Below, piece by piece: positions 47,525 through 61,704 of a stretch of 64,000 nucleotides of DNA; position 1 is the stretch's first letter, and each line of letters begins with the position of its first letter. Origin of the DNA: Heterodontus francisci (Eukaryota); assembly GCF_036365525.1 (NCBI RefSeq), contig NC_090404.1, positions 6,448,001 through 6,512,000 of the forward strand, written 5' to 3'. The notes beneath the pieces were generated by a model that ran no database searches, was not told the DNA's origin, and was given only the letters and a program-made list of their open reading frames with translations. The translations under genes were made by a program, and so were the position numbers.

Positions 47525-50150
47525 TACGAGCATACGAATGAGGAGCAAAAGTCGGCCATTCGGCCCTGCTAGCCTGCTCCGCCATTCAATAAGATCATGA
47601 TTGATCTATTTGTGTCCCGAATTTCACACTCCCATCTACCCCCCAATAACCTTTGATTTCCTTGCCTAACAAGAATCAATCTACCCCACCTTAAAAATAT
47701 TCAATGACCCCGCCTCCACCACCTTCTGAGGCGGAGAGTTCCAAAGTCGCAGAACTGTCTGAGAGAAAACATTTCTCCACATCTCCGACCTAAAATGCCG
47801 TCCTCTAATTTCAAAACAGTGCCCCCTAGTTCTGGACGCCCCCACAAGAGGAAACATCCTTTCCACATCCACCTTGTCAAGATCGTTCAGGATCTTATAT
47901 ACTTCAATCACGTCTCCACTCACTCTTCTAAACTCCGGTGAAAACAAGCCCAGACTGTCCAACCTTTCCTCATAAGACAAACCGCTCATTCCAGGTATCA
48001 ATCTATTAAACTTCCTCTGAACCACTTCCAACGCATTCATATCCTTTCTTAAATAAAGAGACCAAAACTGCGCCCGGTATTGGAGATCTGGTCTCACCAA
48101 TGCCCTATATAACTGGAGCATAACATCCTTATGTTTATTTTCAATTCCTCTCGTAATGAAGGATAACATGTGGAGAGGCGGTGGCATACTGGTATTGTCA
48201 CTGAACTTGTAACCCAGAGACCCAGGTATTGCTCTATTATGGGTTCGAATCCCACCACAGCAGAAGGTAGAATTTGAATTAAATTAATAAATATGGAATT
48301 AAAAGCTAGTCTAAAGATGGCCATGAAACCATTGTCGATTGTTGTAAAAACCCATCTGGTTCACTAATGTCCTTTAGGGAAAGAAATCTGCTGTCCTTAC
48401 CTGGTCTGGCCGACGTGTGACTCCAGACCCACAGCAATGTGGTTGACTCTTACATGCCCTCGAAATGGCCTATCAAGCCACTCAGTTCAAGGGCAATTAA
48501 GGATGGGCAATAAATGCTGGCCTAGCCAGCGACGCCCACATCCCATGAAAGAATTTTTAAAAAATTCCATTCGCCTTCTTTATTACTTGCTGTACCTGCA
48601 TACGAACTTTTTGAGACTCATGCACTAGAACACCTAGATCCCTCTCTATCTCAGACTTCTGCAGTCATTCTCTGTTTAAGTAATACTCTGCTTTTTATTC
48701 TTCCTGCCAAACTGAACAACTTCATATTTTCCCAGATTATACTCCATCTGCCAGATTTTTGCCCACTCACTCAACCTATCTACATCGCTCTGCAACTTCC
48801 TTATGTCCTCTTCACAACATACTTCCCAACCTATCTTTGTGTCATCTGCAAATTTAGCTACCATGCTATCGTTCCCCTCATCTATGTCATTGATATAAAT
48901 TGTAAAAAGTTGAGGCCCCAGAACAGACTCCTGCGGGACTTCATTCCACACATCTTGCCGATCAGAAAAGGACCCAATTCTGCATACTCTCTGTTTTCTG
49001 CCAGCCAGCCAATTTTCTATCCATGCTAATATATTACCCACTACACCATGAGCTCCTACTTTGCGCAATAACCTTTATGTGGCAACTTGTCAAATGCCTT
49101 TGCAAATCTAAGTACAATATGTCAACGGGCTGTCCTTTATTCATGGCACATGTTACTCTTTCAAAGAACTCCAATAAATTGGTTAAACATGATCTCCCTT
49201 TCACAGAGCCATGCTGACTATTCCCAATTACCTAGAGTTTTTCTGAGTGCCGAGCTACAACCTCCTTAATGATCGATTCTCACACCATCCCTATGACAGA
49301 CATCAAGCTAACTGGCCTATAATTACCTGTTTTCTGCCTCCCCACTTCTTGAATAAAGGGGTTATATTTGCTATTTTCCAGTCTGATGGAACCTTTCTAG
49401 AATCTAGCGAATTTTGAAAAATTAACACCAACGCCCCTACTACCTCATTAGCCACCTCTATTAAGACCCTAGGATGAAGCCCATCATGACCTGGGGACTT
49501 GTCAGCCCACAGCTCCGTCAGTTTGGTCAGTACCGCTTCCCTGGTGATTGTAATTTCACCAAGTTCCTCTCTTCCTTCCATTTCCTGATTTACAACTATG
49601 ACTGGAATTGTTTTTTTGTATCTGCTATAGTGAAGATAGAAGCAAAATAATTATTTATTTCAGCCACCATTTCCTTATTATCTACTATTAACTCCCCATT
49701 CTCACTCTTTAGAGGACTAACACTCACTCTTTTCCTGTTTAAATAGCTGTAGAAACTCTTGGTATCTATTTTTACATTTCTAGCTAGCTTCCTCTTATAC
49801 TGCAATTTCTTTCTCCTGATTAACCTTTTAGTCATTATCTGCCATTCTTTATATTCTGACCAATCACCTGACCTGCCACTCATCTTTGCCCAATTATATG
49901 CTTTTTCCTTAAGTTTGATGCTTTCCTTAACTTAACATGGATTGTGAATCCTCCCCTTTGAATTTTTCATTCTTGTAGGAATATACTTATCCTGAGTATT
50001 TTGAAATATTCCCTTGAATGTCTTCTCTATTGATCTATCTCCTAGCCTGGGAACCCAGTTCATTTCAGCTAGCTCAGCTTTCATGCCCACATAGTTCTCC
50101 TTATTTAAGTTTAAAATACCAGTCTTAGACTCACTCCTCTCCCTTTCAAA
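47525..50150 (-). mobile_element. Degenerate CR1 LINE
   Basis: DKSPGHDGLHPRVL, VPQESVLGP, KFADDTK, tail at 47530. Confidence 0.88.
48170..48565 (+). mobile_element. tRNA-derived Deu-domain SINE (SacSINE1-like) inserted in CR1
   Basis: A box tggcatactgg, B box ggttcgaatcc, core cccatctggttcactaatgtcctttagggaa...gactccagacccacagcaatgtggttgactct, LINE-derived tail. Confidence 0.75.
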
Positions 50151-50198
50151 CGGTGCCATGGTCCTGTGCTTTTTTTCCTCCTCAGAAATATTGTGGTG

Positions 50199-51078
50199 TG
50201 TCATGGTCCTGTAGTTTTTTTCCCCGAAAATATGCGGTTTGCCTTTAAGGCTTGCCAAGGATCAGTATTGCTTTAAGAACCGGCAAGCCTTAGGAGTTAT
50301 AGAAAGGTGCATTTTTGTTGCCTCAGGAACAACCATTTGGAGACTGCGATTCAAAGGGTGCATTCTCATTACCATAGTTACAGCCACTGGGAGTGAGTCT
50401 GATGCGATACATTTGTTACAATCCAGTTTTGAACTGGCTTATGAGTTGAAGACAGTTTGTCCTAACAGAGACACAGACTGACACAGAAAACACAGACAGC
50501 TGTGATGAGCACACCTGAAAAAGAGCTCTCAACCATTTAAACTGAAGGAAGAGGATTTTAGTCTGATTATTTATGATCTCTCAAAATTCTAAAAAAAGTC
50601 AAGTCAAAACAGAGATCCTTGGTAATTTAAATTGAAGAAAGGGAAGTTAGATTGTGACAATCTTTTATCCCTAAAAAACTCGAAAGTCAGATTGATTCTC
50701 TTGAAAGTGTTCGCAAGTCGAAAATTGTTGAAATTCGCTGGAGAAGGAAAGCAACATTCTGTGGGGACTTCAAGCAACATCGGACAGTAAATTTGCAAGG
50801 ACTCTAATTTTTTCTATTTTAAATGTTGTTTATATCTTCATAGTGTTTAAGAATTTAGTTCTTTGAATTAAAGAGTTAATTTATTGATTTAAAGACACCT
50901 GGTTTTGTTAGCCTCATCCGGGGATTAATAGATGGTTGGGTCTCTCTTTAATTTGGAAAGTTTTAAATGATATGTTAGCCGATCTGTGGAACGATTGAAT
51001 TAACAGTGCGTTGGTCCTACCACAATCAGAATTGTATATTTTGATTGGGGGCTTTGACAGGAGCGGTCGGTCATAACA
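50199..51078. mobile_element. Solo LTR (Gypsy-like), 880 bp
   Basis: TGTCATG...CATAACA termini; 4-bp TSD GGTG at 50195-50198 and 51079-51082. Confidence 0.8.
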
Positions 51079-51082
51079 GGTG

Positions 51083-53330
51083 TCATAGAGCAATAGAGTT
51101 ATACAGCACTGAAATAGGCCCATCGGCACATTGTGTCTGTGCCGGCCACCAAGCACCTATCTGTTCTAGTCCCATTTTCCAGCACTTGGCCTGTAACCTT
51201 GTATGCTATGGCGTTTCATGTGCTTATCTAAATACTTCTTAAATGTTGTGAGGGTTCCTGCCTCTACCACCCCTTCAGGCAGTGTATTCCAGATTCTAAC
51301 CACCCTCCGGGTGCAAAAAAACTTTCCTCAAATCCCCTCGAAACCTCCTGCCCCTTACCTTAAATCTATGCCTCTCTGGTTATTGACACCTCCGCTAAGG
51401 AAAAAAGTTTCTTCCTAACTATCCTATCAATGCCCTTCATAATTTTGTACACCTCAATCAGGTCCCCCCCTCAGCCTTCTCTGCTCCAAGGAAAACAACC
51501 CTAGCCTATCCAGTCTCTCTCCATCGCTGAAATGCTCCAGCCCAGGCAACATCCTGGTGAATCTCCTCTGCACCCTCTCCAGTGCCATCACATCCTTCCT
51601 ATAGTGTGGTGCCCAGAACTGTACACAATACTCCAACTGTGGCCTAACTAGCGTTTTATACAGCTCCATCATAACCTCCCTGCTCTTATATTCTGTGCCT
51701 CGGCAAATAAAGGCAGGTATCCCATATGCCTTCCTAACACCTTATCTACCTGTGCTGCTGCCTTCAGTGATCTATGGACAAGTACACCAAAGTCCCTCTG
51801 ACCCTCTGTACTTCCTATGGTCCTACCATCCATTGTATATTCTCTTGCCTTGTTAGTCCTCCCAAAATGCATCACCTCACATTTCTCAGGATTAAATTCC
51901 ATTTGCCACTGCTCTGCCCATCTTATCAGCCCATCTATATCGTCCTGTAATCTAAGGCTTTCCGCCTCACTATTTATGGCACCGCCAATTTTCATGTCAT
52001 CTGCAAACTTACTGATCATACCTCCTATATTCACATCTAAACCATTAATGTATACTACAAACAGCAAGGGTCCCAGCATCGATCCCCGCGGTACACCACT
52101 GGTCACAGGCTTCCCCTCGCAAAAACAACCCGCGACCATCACCCTCTGCCTCCTGCCACTAAGCCAATTTTGGATCCAATTTGCCAAATTGCCCTGGATC
52201 CCATGGGCCCTTACCTTCTTAACTAATCTCCCATATGGGACCTTATCAAAAGCCTTACTGAAGTCTATGTCGACTACATCAACTGCTTTACCCTCATTTA
52301 CACATCTAGTCACCTCCTTGAAAAATTCAATCAAGTTTGTTAGACATGATCTCCCCTTGACAAAGCTATGCTGACTATTCTTGATTAATCCCTGTCTCTC
52401 CAAGTGGAGATTAATCCTGTCCCTCAGAATGTTTTCCAATAGTTTCCCTACCATTGATGTTAGACTCACCGGCCTTTAGTTACCTGTTTTATCCCTGCTC
52501 CCCTTCTTGAATAATGGTACCACATTCACTGTCCTCCAGTCCTCTGGTACCTCTCCAGTGGCCAGAGAGGATCTGGAAATTTGTGTCAGAGTCCCTGCTA
52601 TCTTCTTCCTTGCCTCACATAACAGCCTGGGATACATCTCATGTGGGCCTGGGGATTTATCCACTGTTAAGCCCGGTAAAACAGCTAAAACTTCTTCCCT
52701 TTCAATGCTAATTTCTTCAAGTATATCACAATCCCCCTCCCTGATCTCTACACCTACATCGTCCTCCATTGTGAACACAGATGAAAAGTAATCATTTAAA
52801 AGCTCACCTATGTCCTCCGGCTCCACACACAGATTGCCACTTTGGTCCCTAATGGGCCCACTCTTGCCCTGGTTATCCTCTTGCCCTTAATATACTTATA
52901 AAAGGCCTTCTTTTATCTTGCCCGCCAGTGTTTTTTCATGTCCCCTCTTCGCTCTCCTAATTACTTTTTTAAGTACCCCCCCCCTACATTTTCTATACTC
53001 CTCCAGGGCCTCTGCTGTTTTCAGCGCTCTGAATCTGCCATAAGCCTACTTTATTTTCTTTATCCAATCCTCTGTATCCCTTGACATCCAGGGTTCCCTG
53101 GACTTGTGGTCCTACCCTTCACCTTTACAGGAACATGTTGGCCCTGAACTCTCACTATTTCCTTTTTCAATGACTCCCACTGGTCTGATGTAGACTTTCC
53201 TGCAAGTAGCTGCACCCAGTCCACTTTGGTCAGATCCTGTATATCAAATTGAAATCGACCTTCTCCCAATTCAGTACCTTTATTTCCGGTCCATCTTTGT
53301 TCTTTTCCATAACTACCTTAAATTTTAGAG
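51083..53330 (-). mobile_element. 5'-truncated CR1 LINE
   Basis: SLTSMVGK, DFSKAFDKVP, KFADDMK, LEYCVQFWAP. Confidence 0.9.
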
Positions 53331-53740
53331 TTACTGAGAATTGAGTTAAAGTGTCTTGTGACAACAGCAGTGAGAAATGGTCCATATTCCTATTGCTGAT
53401 ATTTTCTACTGCCTACCTCAATGACCACAATAAAAATCCTTTCCTTGAGTATCATGGTTAATTTGATGAATTTGCACCCCTGACAATGTAAATCCACAGA
53501 GGTAATCCGATAAGGTTCATTCACCACCCCGTGACATGATGCAGCTAGCTCTATTCTGTTAACAAAAGTAATTCGCATTGGCATTGCATAATATTTAGCT
53601 TTCCATCAAGCTAATACAGTCGTGCTGCTCCTCATTCATGTTTGTATGCTTAGTTACTTTATTTATAGGGAGAAATGTGTTTTAAATCGGACTGTTTTGA
53701 TGGCATTAGATTGGCTATAGCTTTATACACAGCTTAATAT

Positions 53741-54063
53741 GGGGCGGCGCAGTGGTTAGCACCGCAGCCTCACAGCTCCAGCGACCCGGGTTCAATTCTG
53801 GGTACTCCCTGTGTCTGTGTGGGTTTCCTTCGGGTGCTCCGGTTTCCTCCCACATGCCAAAGACTTGCAGGTTGATAGGTAAATTGGCCATTGTAAATTG
53901 CCCCTAGTATAGGTAGGTGGTAGGGAAATATAGAGACAGGTGGGGATGTGGTAGGAATATGGAATTAGTGTCGGATTAGTATAAAATGGGTGGTTGATGG
54001 TCGGCACAGACTCGGTGGGTCGACGGGCCTGTTTCAGTGCTGTATCTCTAAACTAAACTAAAC
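53741..54063 (+). mobile_element. V-SINE (HE1-like)
   Basis: Same head, V-domain and tail as 32682-33027. Confidence 0.85.
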
Positions 54064-54179
54064 TTAATTGCCCCACGTCCATGGCTGAGCCAATAATTTT
54101 GTCAAATGTCCCGGTTCTCAGCTGCTGCAAAAGCATCTCCAGCACTCACACAGCTCTGATCAAAGTGACACTCTGCATG

Positions 54180-54560
54180 ATCCAGATGCAGTCCAGCACT
54201 GGGCTCTTGTAGTGTGAATAAGGCACATTCACTGCCACGAGGAATGATCAGACATGTCTACAGGATGGAAGATGGTCACATATCCAAGGACCTTTGCTTT
54301 TATTTCTGTATGGTGAGGTGGCCGGGACCAGATGACCAGTGGGCGTCTAAAGCTCCGCTTCAAGTTTTCTTGCAACTGTCACATGAAAGCCAAATGTCGA
54401 CTATCAACTTGGAATCACTAGCTGACGAAAGAGGGAAATGGCGTCACATCCTGTGGACTGGTGTGCACGACCACGATGACCAGTTGCTGCAGCAGCTTCA
54501 CAACAGGCGCCAATTTCAAAAACAACAACTCACACAGTCACTCGGCAGCTTCAGCCTTCG
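54180..54560 (+). mobile_element. RTE-clade LINE 3' fragment
   Basis: RHVYRMEDGHISKDL and ESLADERGKWR are RTE-type C-terminal motifs. Confidence 0.65.
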
Positions 54561-54564
54561 TGCA

Positions 54565-54870
54565 GATTTGCCCCGAACAAAGATGGCGACGATGGGGGCG
54601 GGGTTTAACTTTTCTCCCCGAGCGGAGCAGCTGCGCGTGCGCGATTGTCGGTGGGCACGCGGAGGATTTTTTTCGCATCGAGAAGTTTGAGCAGGAAACG
54701 GTTAACAGTCGCCGGCGTTGCCATGGCTGTGGGGGCGGGGCTTAATAACGGCGCGCGTCGGCACAGGTGGGCTATCGAGCTCGAGCTGAGCAGCAGCAGG
54801 CAGGTCAGCGGCCAGGAGCAAGGCCGCGGAGAGAGCCTGGGGCTCGAGTGGGAGGCGGCAGGTTTCTCTC
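54565..54870 (+). promoter_or_regulatory. CpG island / putative promoter
   Basis: High CpG density, aagatggcg (YY1), two gggggcgggg GC boxes, gcgcgtgcgc (NRF1-like). Confidence 0.65.
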
Positions 54871-55452
54871 TGGGGGAAGACACTACTCTGACTTGGGCCA
54901 CCCAAAACAGTGAAACACTGGGGTTTTAATGTCACAGCTTTTGAGGGGGAGGCAATGGGTGTGAGAAAACTTGGTTGATAATTACTGAGCTTGGATGGGT
55001 TTTGGTGTCTCCAGATTTTCCACCAGTCCCTTTGAGGAAAGGACTGGCTGCAAGTTTTTACTAATTCATTCTTGGGATGTGGGCATCACTGGTAAAGCTG
55101 GTATTTATTACCCTGTCACTAGTCGCCTCTTGAGAAGGTGCTGGTGGTGGGCGGTTGCCTCCTTGAACTGGTTTCATGCGACTGAGTGGCTCGTTCAACC
55201 ACTTCAGGGGCAGTTAATAGTGAACCATGTTAGTGTAGGACTTTAGGCACATATACAGGCCCAGACCGGGTAAGGACAGCAGGTTTCCATCTCGAGGGCC
55301 ATTATTAAACCAATTTTATGCTAACTGTGAAAACGGGGACTGTCCAGTCCTTTATCCCTTTGCTGTTTGTGGGATCTTGCTGTGTGCAGCTCAGGCTGCA
55401 AAAGTGAGTGCACATTTTATAGCTGCTTAATTGGATGAAAAGTTCTTTAAAA

Positions 55453-55787
55453 GGGCAGCGCAGTGGTTAGCAGTGCAGCCTCACAGCTCCAGCGACCTGG
55501 GTTCGATTCTGGGTACTGCCTGTGTGGAGTTTGCAAGTTCTCCCTGTGACCGTGTGGGTTTTTGCCGGGTGCTCCAGTTTCCTCCCACAGCCAAAGACTT
55601 GCAAATTGATAGATAAATTGGCCATTATAAATTGCCCCTAGTATAGGTTGGTGGTAGGGGAAGTGAGGGAAGCTGGGGATGTGGTAGGAATATGGGATTA
55701 ATGTAGGATTGGTATAAATGGGTGGTTGATGGTCGGCACAGACTGGGTGGGCCAAAGTGCCTGTATCTGTATCTCTAAATAAATAAA
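55453..55787 (+). mobile_element. V-SINE (HE1-like)
   Basis: Same structure as the other two copies. Confidence 0.85.
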
Positions 55788-55959
55788 ACACCCGTCAGGA
55801 AAGACGTTGTATAAATACATGCTCTTGGGTCATCCAGCAGCTTCATGGTCACTTCTACTGACAACCAACTTTTTTATTTCCAGATATTTTCTTCCAATTC
55901 TCAAACTGCCGCGGCAGGATTCGAACTCTCAGCCTCAGGATTAATGTGACAGAACCACA

Positions 55960-58900
55960 ACTGAGTGCTGTGTGACAGAGTACTTAATTTGGTAAGTGTG
56001 GGATTTTCAAGGTTTGATCTCCTTCTAAAATCTCTAGTAAAGTTTCCATTTAGCATTTCACTTTACTTGAATGTTAAATTGTAGTTCCTTTCAGTCTTAG
56101 TCAATGGTAAACAGCTGCCTGCTAATGTGAGCTGCACAATCAGTTACTTAGGTAGCTAGTTAGAACTGGTTCCCTAGTCAGCAGGGCCTGACTCAGGTCT
56201 CGGAATGCTAGTTAGTATAATACAAGAGGCTTTGTTCACTCACAAATTTGCTAAGTGAGGGAGGAGGTGCTGTTCTAGTTTTTTTTTTTACAGAACAAGC
56301 CGTGATCCAAGGGAAGGAGCTGGAGACAGTGAGAGCTGATACCAAGAGACATCAATTAGGGAGCAAGTAGGTAATTGGTGAGTTTTAAGTTTGTTTTCCC
56401 TTTCTAAACTGGGTTAGTGGTTTAAATGGGTAATGGGGAGATATAAGTATTGTATTAAATTTGTAGATTAACTAGTTAAATTACTTAATGTAAGTGTAAA
56501 TTATCATTGATATTTCTAAACTGGAAACCTAATTAGTTAAATAAAACACAATCGAGATGGCAGGGCAGATGATGTGTTGCAGCTGTAGCATGTGGGAGCT
56601 GGTGGACACCATTGTGATCCACTGCAACCATATCGGTAGTAAGTGTCTGCAGCTTGAAGAACTTTGGCTCAGAGTTGATGAGGTAGAGTCTGAGGCACTG
56701 TGATGCATCAGGGAGGGGAAAGTCACCTGGACGCTTTGTTCCAGGAGGCAATTACACCCCTTCGGCTAGGTACTTCAGATTTGGTTCCTGGTCAGGGACA
56801 GGAGGGTGTGAATATGAGTGAGGCAGGTATGGGGCTCCTGAAGGTAGCACTGGAGGAGCCTCAGGCCTTGCACTTGTCCAACAGGTTCGAGGTTCTTGTA
56901 GTTTGTGTGGATGAGAGCAGGGACTGCAGGGAGGATTAGCAAACTGACCACCGCAGCATGGTGCAGGGGAGTAAAAGGGAATGTCGTCGTAGTAGGAAAC
57001 AGTATAGTTAGGGGGAGAAGTACTGTTCTCTGCAACCGAGAGAGTGAGTCCCGAACGCTCTGTTGCCTGCCCAGTGTCAGGGTTAAGGACATCTGCTTAG
57101 GGTTGGAGAGGAACTTGGAGTGGGAGGGGAAGGATCCAGTTGTTGTGCATGTGGGTGCCAAAGACATAGGTAGGACTAAGAAAAAGGTTCTGCTTAGGGA
57201 GTATGAAAAGCTAGGGGCTAAATTGAAAAAGCAGAACCACAAACCCTGCAGAACCACATGTCTGGATTACTACCTGAGCCACAAGCAAATTGGCTTTGGG
57301 TAAATGAGATCAGAGAATTGTATGCTTGGCTCAAAGATTGTTGTGGGAGAAATGGGTTTGGATTCATGGGTGACTGGCACCCGCACTGGGGAAAGAGGGA
57401 GCTATACCATTGGGCGGCCTTCACCTGAACAATGCTGGGACCAGTGTCCTGATGAGTCGTATAACTAGGGCTTTAGAGAGGGCTTTAAACTACATAGTTG
57501 GGGGAGTGGGGTGGGTTCACGTGAGGGGAGATTTGAAAATTTGAAGAGAAAGGACAAGGCAATAGTGCAGGTTAGCAATACAGGTAATGGTAACTAGGGT
57601 ATGACCGGAAGGGACAGAGGGTACAAATATAAGAGTGCACCAGCAAATATGGTCAGAGTCGGGAAAAATGGCTTTAAAGTAATAGAGGAGAGGAGGGTTC
57701 GGGTGAAGGGAGATTTAGAAATCCAATGATAAAAGTTGAGATCATAGAAAGTATATTGATGTGGGTAAAGAGAAGCTGAGTGGGACAGGAAGGGACAAAG
57801 AGTTCAATAGTAATAGTGCATCAGAGAGTAAGGTCCGTGCAGGAGATAGTGGTCAAAAATAAAACTGAAGTCACTTTATCTGAATGCGTAGAGCATCCGC
57901 AATGAGAGATGAACTAGGAGCATAAATAGTTCAGGATATGGGCCAAGTGCTGGAAAACGGGATTAGAATAGATAGGTGCTTGATGGCTGGCACAGACATG
58001 GTGGGCCAAAGGGCCTGTTTCTGTGCTGCATAATTCTATGACTCTATCTATTCATCATTACAAAGACATGGTTACAAGGTCACCAAGATTAGGAAATAAA
58101 TATTCCAATGGCAGAATGGAAAAGGAGGAAGAGTAGCCTTGATAGTAAAGGATGACAAAAGGACGTTAGTGAGAAAGGATCTTGACTCAGAAAATCAGGA
58201 AGTAGAATCAGTATGGATGGAGATTAGGAATAGAAAGGGTCAGTAAATGCTGGTGGGAATAGTTTATAGGCCCCCCAACAGTAGTTATACTGTTGGACAG
58301 GGCATTAAACAAGAAATTATTGGAGCTTGTAACAAAGGCAATGTAATAATTGTGGGAATTTTAATCTTCATATGGACTGGACCAATCAAATTGGCAAAGG
58401 TGGTCTGGAAGATGAGTTTGTAGAATGCTTTTGTGACAGTTTCCGGGAGCAATATGTTGTGGAACCAACTAGGGATAAAGCTATTTTAGATCTAGTATTG
58501 TGCAATGAGGCAGGGTGAATGAGGAATGTCAAAGTAAAAGATCCACTGTCAAATAGTGAACATAATACCACTGAGTTACACGTTAAGTTTGAAACTAACA
58601 CTGCTATCTTCAACTTAAACCAAGTGAATTACATAGATATGAGGGCAGAGCTGGCTAAGTTGTTTTGGATAAATAGACTAAAAAGTCTGGCGTTAATAAG
58701 CGGGGGAAACCTTTAAAGAAACAATTCAACATAGAGTCAGAGTTATAAAGCACAGAAACAGGCCCATCGTGTCTGTGCCAGCCATCCAGCACCCAACTAT
58801 TCTGATCCCATATTCCTGTACTTTGCCTATAGCCTTGTATGCTATGGCATTTCAAGTACTTATCTAAATACTTCTTAAATGTTGAGGGTTCCTGCCTCGA

Positions 58901-61270
58901 CCTTCAGGCAGTGCGCAAAGGAAAAACTCAGTGTAGATCCATTCATGGCTCACTCAGGATGTTGAGCATAGGATTAGCTTAAAAGAAGAATTATAATGTT
59001 GCTACAAATAGTAGCAAGTCTGAGGATTGGGAATAGTTTAGAAACCAGCAAAGGGCCACCAAAAATTTGATTAAAAAGGGAAAAAATAGAATGAGAGAAA
59101 TTAGCCAGGAATATTAAAAACAGATTGTAAGAGCTATTACACGTCTATATTTAAAAAAAAAAGAGGAGCTAAAGTAAACCTTCGTCCCTTAGCAGAGACA
59201 GGAGAAATGATCATGGGCAATGAGGAAATGGTAGAAACATTGAACAAATATTTTCTGTTTTCACAGTAGAAGACATAAGTTACGTACTAGAAATAGAGGG
59301 TAACCTACAGGCTAATAAGAGTGACAAAATTAAGGTAATTAATATCAGCCGAGGAAAAAGTACTGAAGAAACTCGAGGGGCTAAAATCCGACAAATCCTC
59401 AGGACCTGATGGTTGACATCCTCGGGTTCTAAAAGGGAAAGCTGCAGAGATAGTGAATAGCTGGCTGTGATTTTCCAAAATTCCCTAGATTCTGGATTGG
59501 TCCCAGTAGATTGAAAGTTAGCAAATGTAACACTGCTATTCAAGAAAGGACGGAGAGAGAGCACGGGGAACTGCAGGCCAGTTAGCCTGACATCAGTTGT
59601 CAGGAAAGTGCTGGAATCAATTATTAAGGAATTCTTGCCATGTACATAGAAAAGCATAGTATGATTAGAACAAGTCAACATGGTTTTATGAAAATAAAAT
59701 CCTGTTTGTCAAATTTGAGATTTTTAAGGATGTAACCAGTAGGGTAGATAAAGGGGAATAGTAGATGTAGTGCACTTGGATTTCCATAAGGCATTCGATA
59801 AGCTGCCACACAAAAGGTTAATGCACAAGGTAAGGGCTCATGGAGTTGAGGGTGATGTAATAGAATGGATAGAGGATTGGTTAATTGTCAGGAAGCAGAA
59901 AGTCGGGATAAATGAGGAATTTTCAAGTTGGCAGGCTGTGATTAGTGGAATGCCACAAGGATCAGTGCTGGGACCTCAGCTATTTACAATTTATATTAAT
60001 GATTAGAGGAAGCAACAGAAAGTCAAATATCTAAGTTTGCTGATACAAAGCTAGGTGGGGATGCAAGCTGTGAGGAGGACACTGGCTGCAAAGAGATTTG
60101 GACAGGTAAAATGAGTGGGCAACAAGTTTGTAGAGGGAATATAATGTGGAGAACTGTGAGGTTAATCACTTTGGTTGTAAGAATAGAAAAGCAGAACATT
60201 TTTTTTTTAAAAGGTGTGAAACTTGTACATGATGTCCAGAGAGACTTGGGTGTACTCGTACAAGAAACAAAAATAGTTAACATGCAGGTACGAACATACG
60301 AGAAGTAGGACATTTGGCCCCTTTAGCCTGCTCCACCATTCAATAAGATCATGGTTGATCTGTTTGTATCTCAAATTTCACACGCTCATCTACCCCTGAT
60401 AACCTTTAATTCCCTCGCCTGACAAGAATCTATCTACGTCCACCTTAAAAATATTCAATGACCCCGCCTCCACCATCTTCTGAGGCAGAGTGTCCCAAAG
60501 TCGCACAACATGCAGAGAAAAATTTCTCCTCATCTCTGTCCTAAAAGGGCGGCCCCGAATTTTAAAACCGTGCCCCCTAATTTTAAAACAGTGCCCCTTA
60601 GTTCTGGACAAGAGGAAACATCCTTTCCACATCCAGGTACACCAAGCAAATGACATGTTGGCCTTTATTGCAAGGGGATTGGAGTACAAGAATAATTAAG
60701 TGTTGCTCCAGTTGTACAGGGCTTTGGTGAGACCACACCTGGAATACCGTGTGCAGTTTTGGTCTCCATATCTAAGGAAGGATATACTTGCAGTGGAGGC
60801 AGTACAGCGAAAGTTTACTAAATTGGTCCTTGGGATGAAAGGGTTGTCCTATGATAGGCTGATTAAATTGTCAATACTCTGGAACTTAGAACGAGAGGTG
60901 ATCTCATTGAAACATTCAAGAGTATAAAGGGGCTTGACACGGTAGATACTGAGACGTTGTTTCCACTGGCTCAGGAACCTAGAACACGGGGGCACTGTTT
61001 CAAGATAACGGGCTGATCATTTAGGACTGAGATAAGGAGAAATTTCTTCACTTAAAGGTTTGTGAGAGTCTTTGGAATTCTCTACTCAAGGTTGTGAATG
61101 TGCCATTGTTGAATATATTTAAGGCTGAGATAGACAGATTTTGGCTTCTCAAGCAATCAAGGGTGGCAAAGTGGAGTTGAAACCCAAGACCAACCATGAT
61201 CATATTGGAAGGTGAAGCAGGTTCGACAGGCCATATGGTCTACTCCTGCTCCTACTTCTTATGTTCTTAA
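55960..61270 (+). mobile_element. Near full-length degenerate CR1 (5'UTR, ORF1 zinc finger and esterase, ORF2) with three small CR1-tail insertions
   Basis: ORF1 MAGQMMCCSCSMWE at 56558, GNSIVRG, VHVGAKD; ORF2 motifs through to the tail; inserts at ~57930, ~58730 and ~60293 (TSD caggtac). Confidence 0.85.
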
Positions 61271-61704
61271 CACCGAATAAGAAGCTACTGGTGCTATGTT
61301 TGTACCAAGCAGCTGTGGAGCTTGTCCCGGTGATTGGTCCGGTTTAATGGCTGTCATAATTATAGGGGTCCGTGTGCAGCAGGGTGCATGCGCAGTCATC
61401 CAGGGCCAGGAAGTAGGAGGAAAGAATGTTGTGAATTTCTATCCTGGATTGACAGTGATAGCTTTTGTATACTCTTTTTAGAAGAGGAGAATTTACACAG
61501 CAAACTCAAACCAAGAGAAGTGTTAGTCTCTTAATTTCTGTCCTGAACTGACCGTGACTGTAGCAACACTTTTGTAAATTGAGAAATTACAGCTATCAGG
61601 AATGACTTGAACAGGTTGCGACTTTTTTCTTTAGAAAAAGGAAGACTTAGCAGTGGCTTCATAGAGGGCTTTAAAGTAATGAGTTGGTCGGACAGGGTAG
61701 ATCT

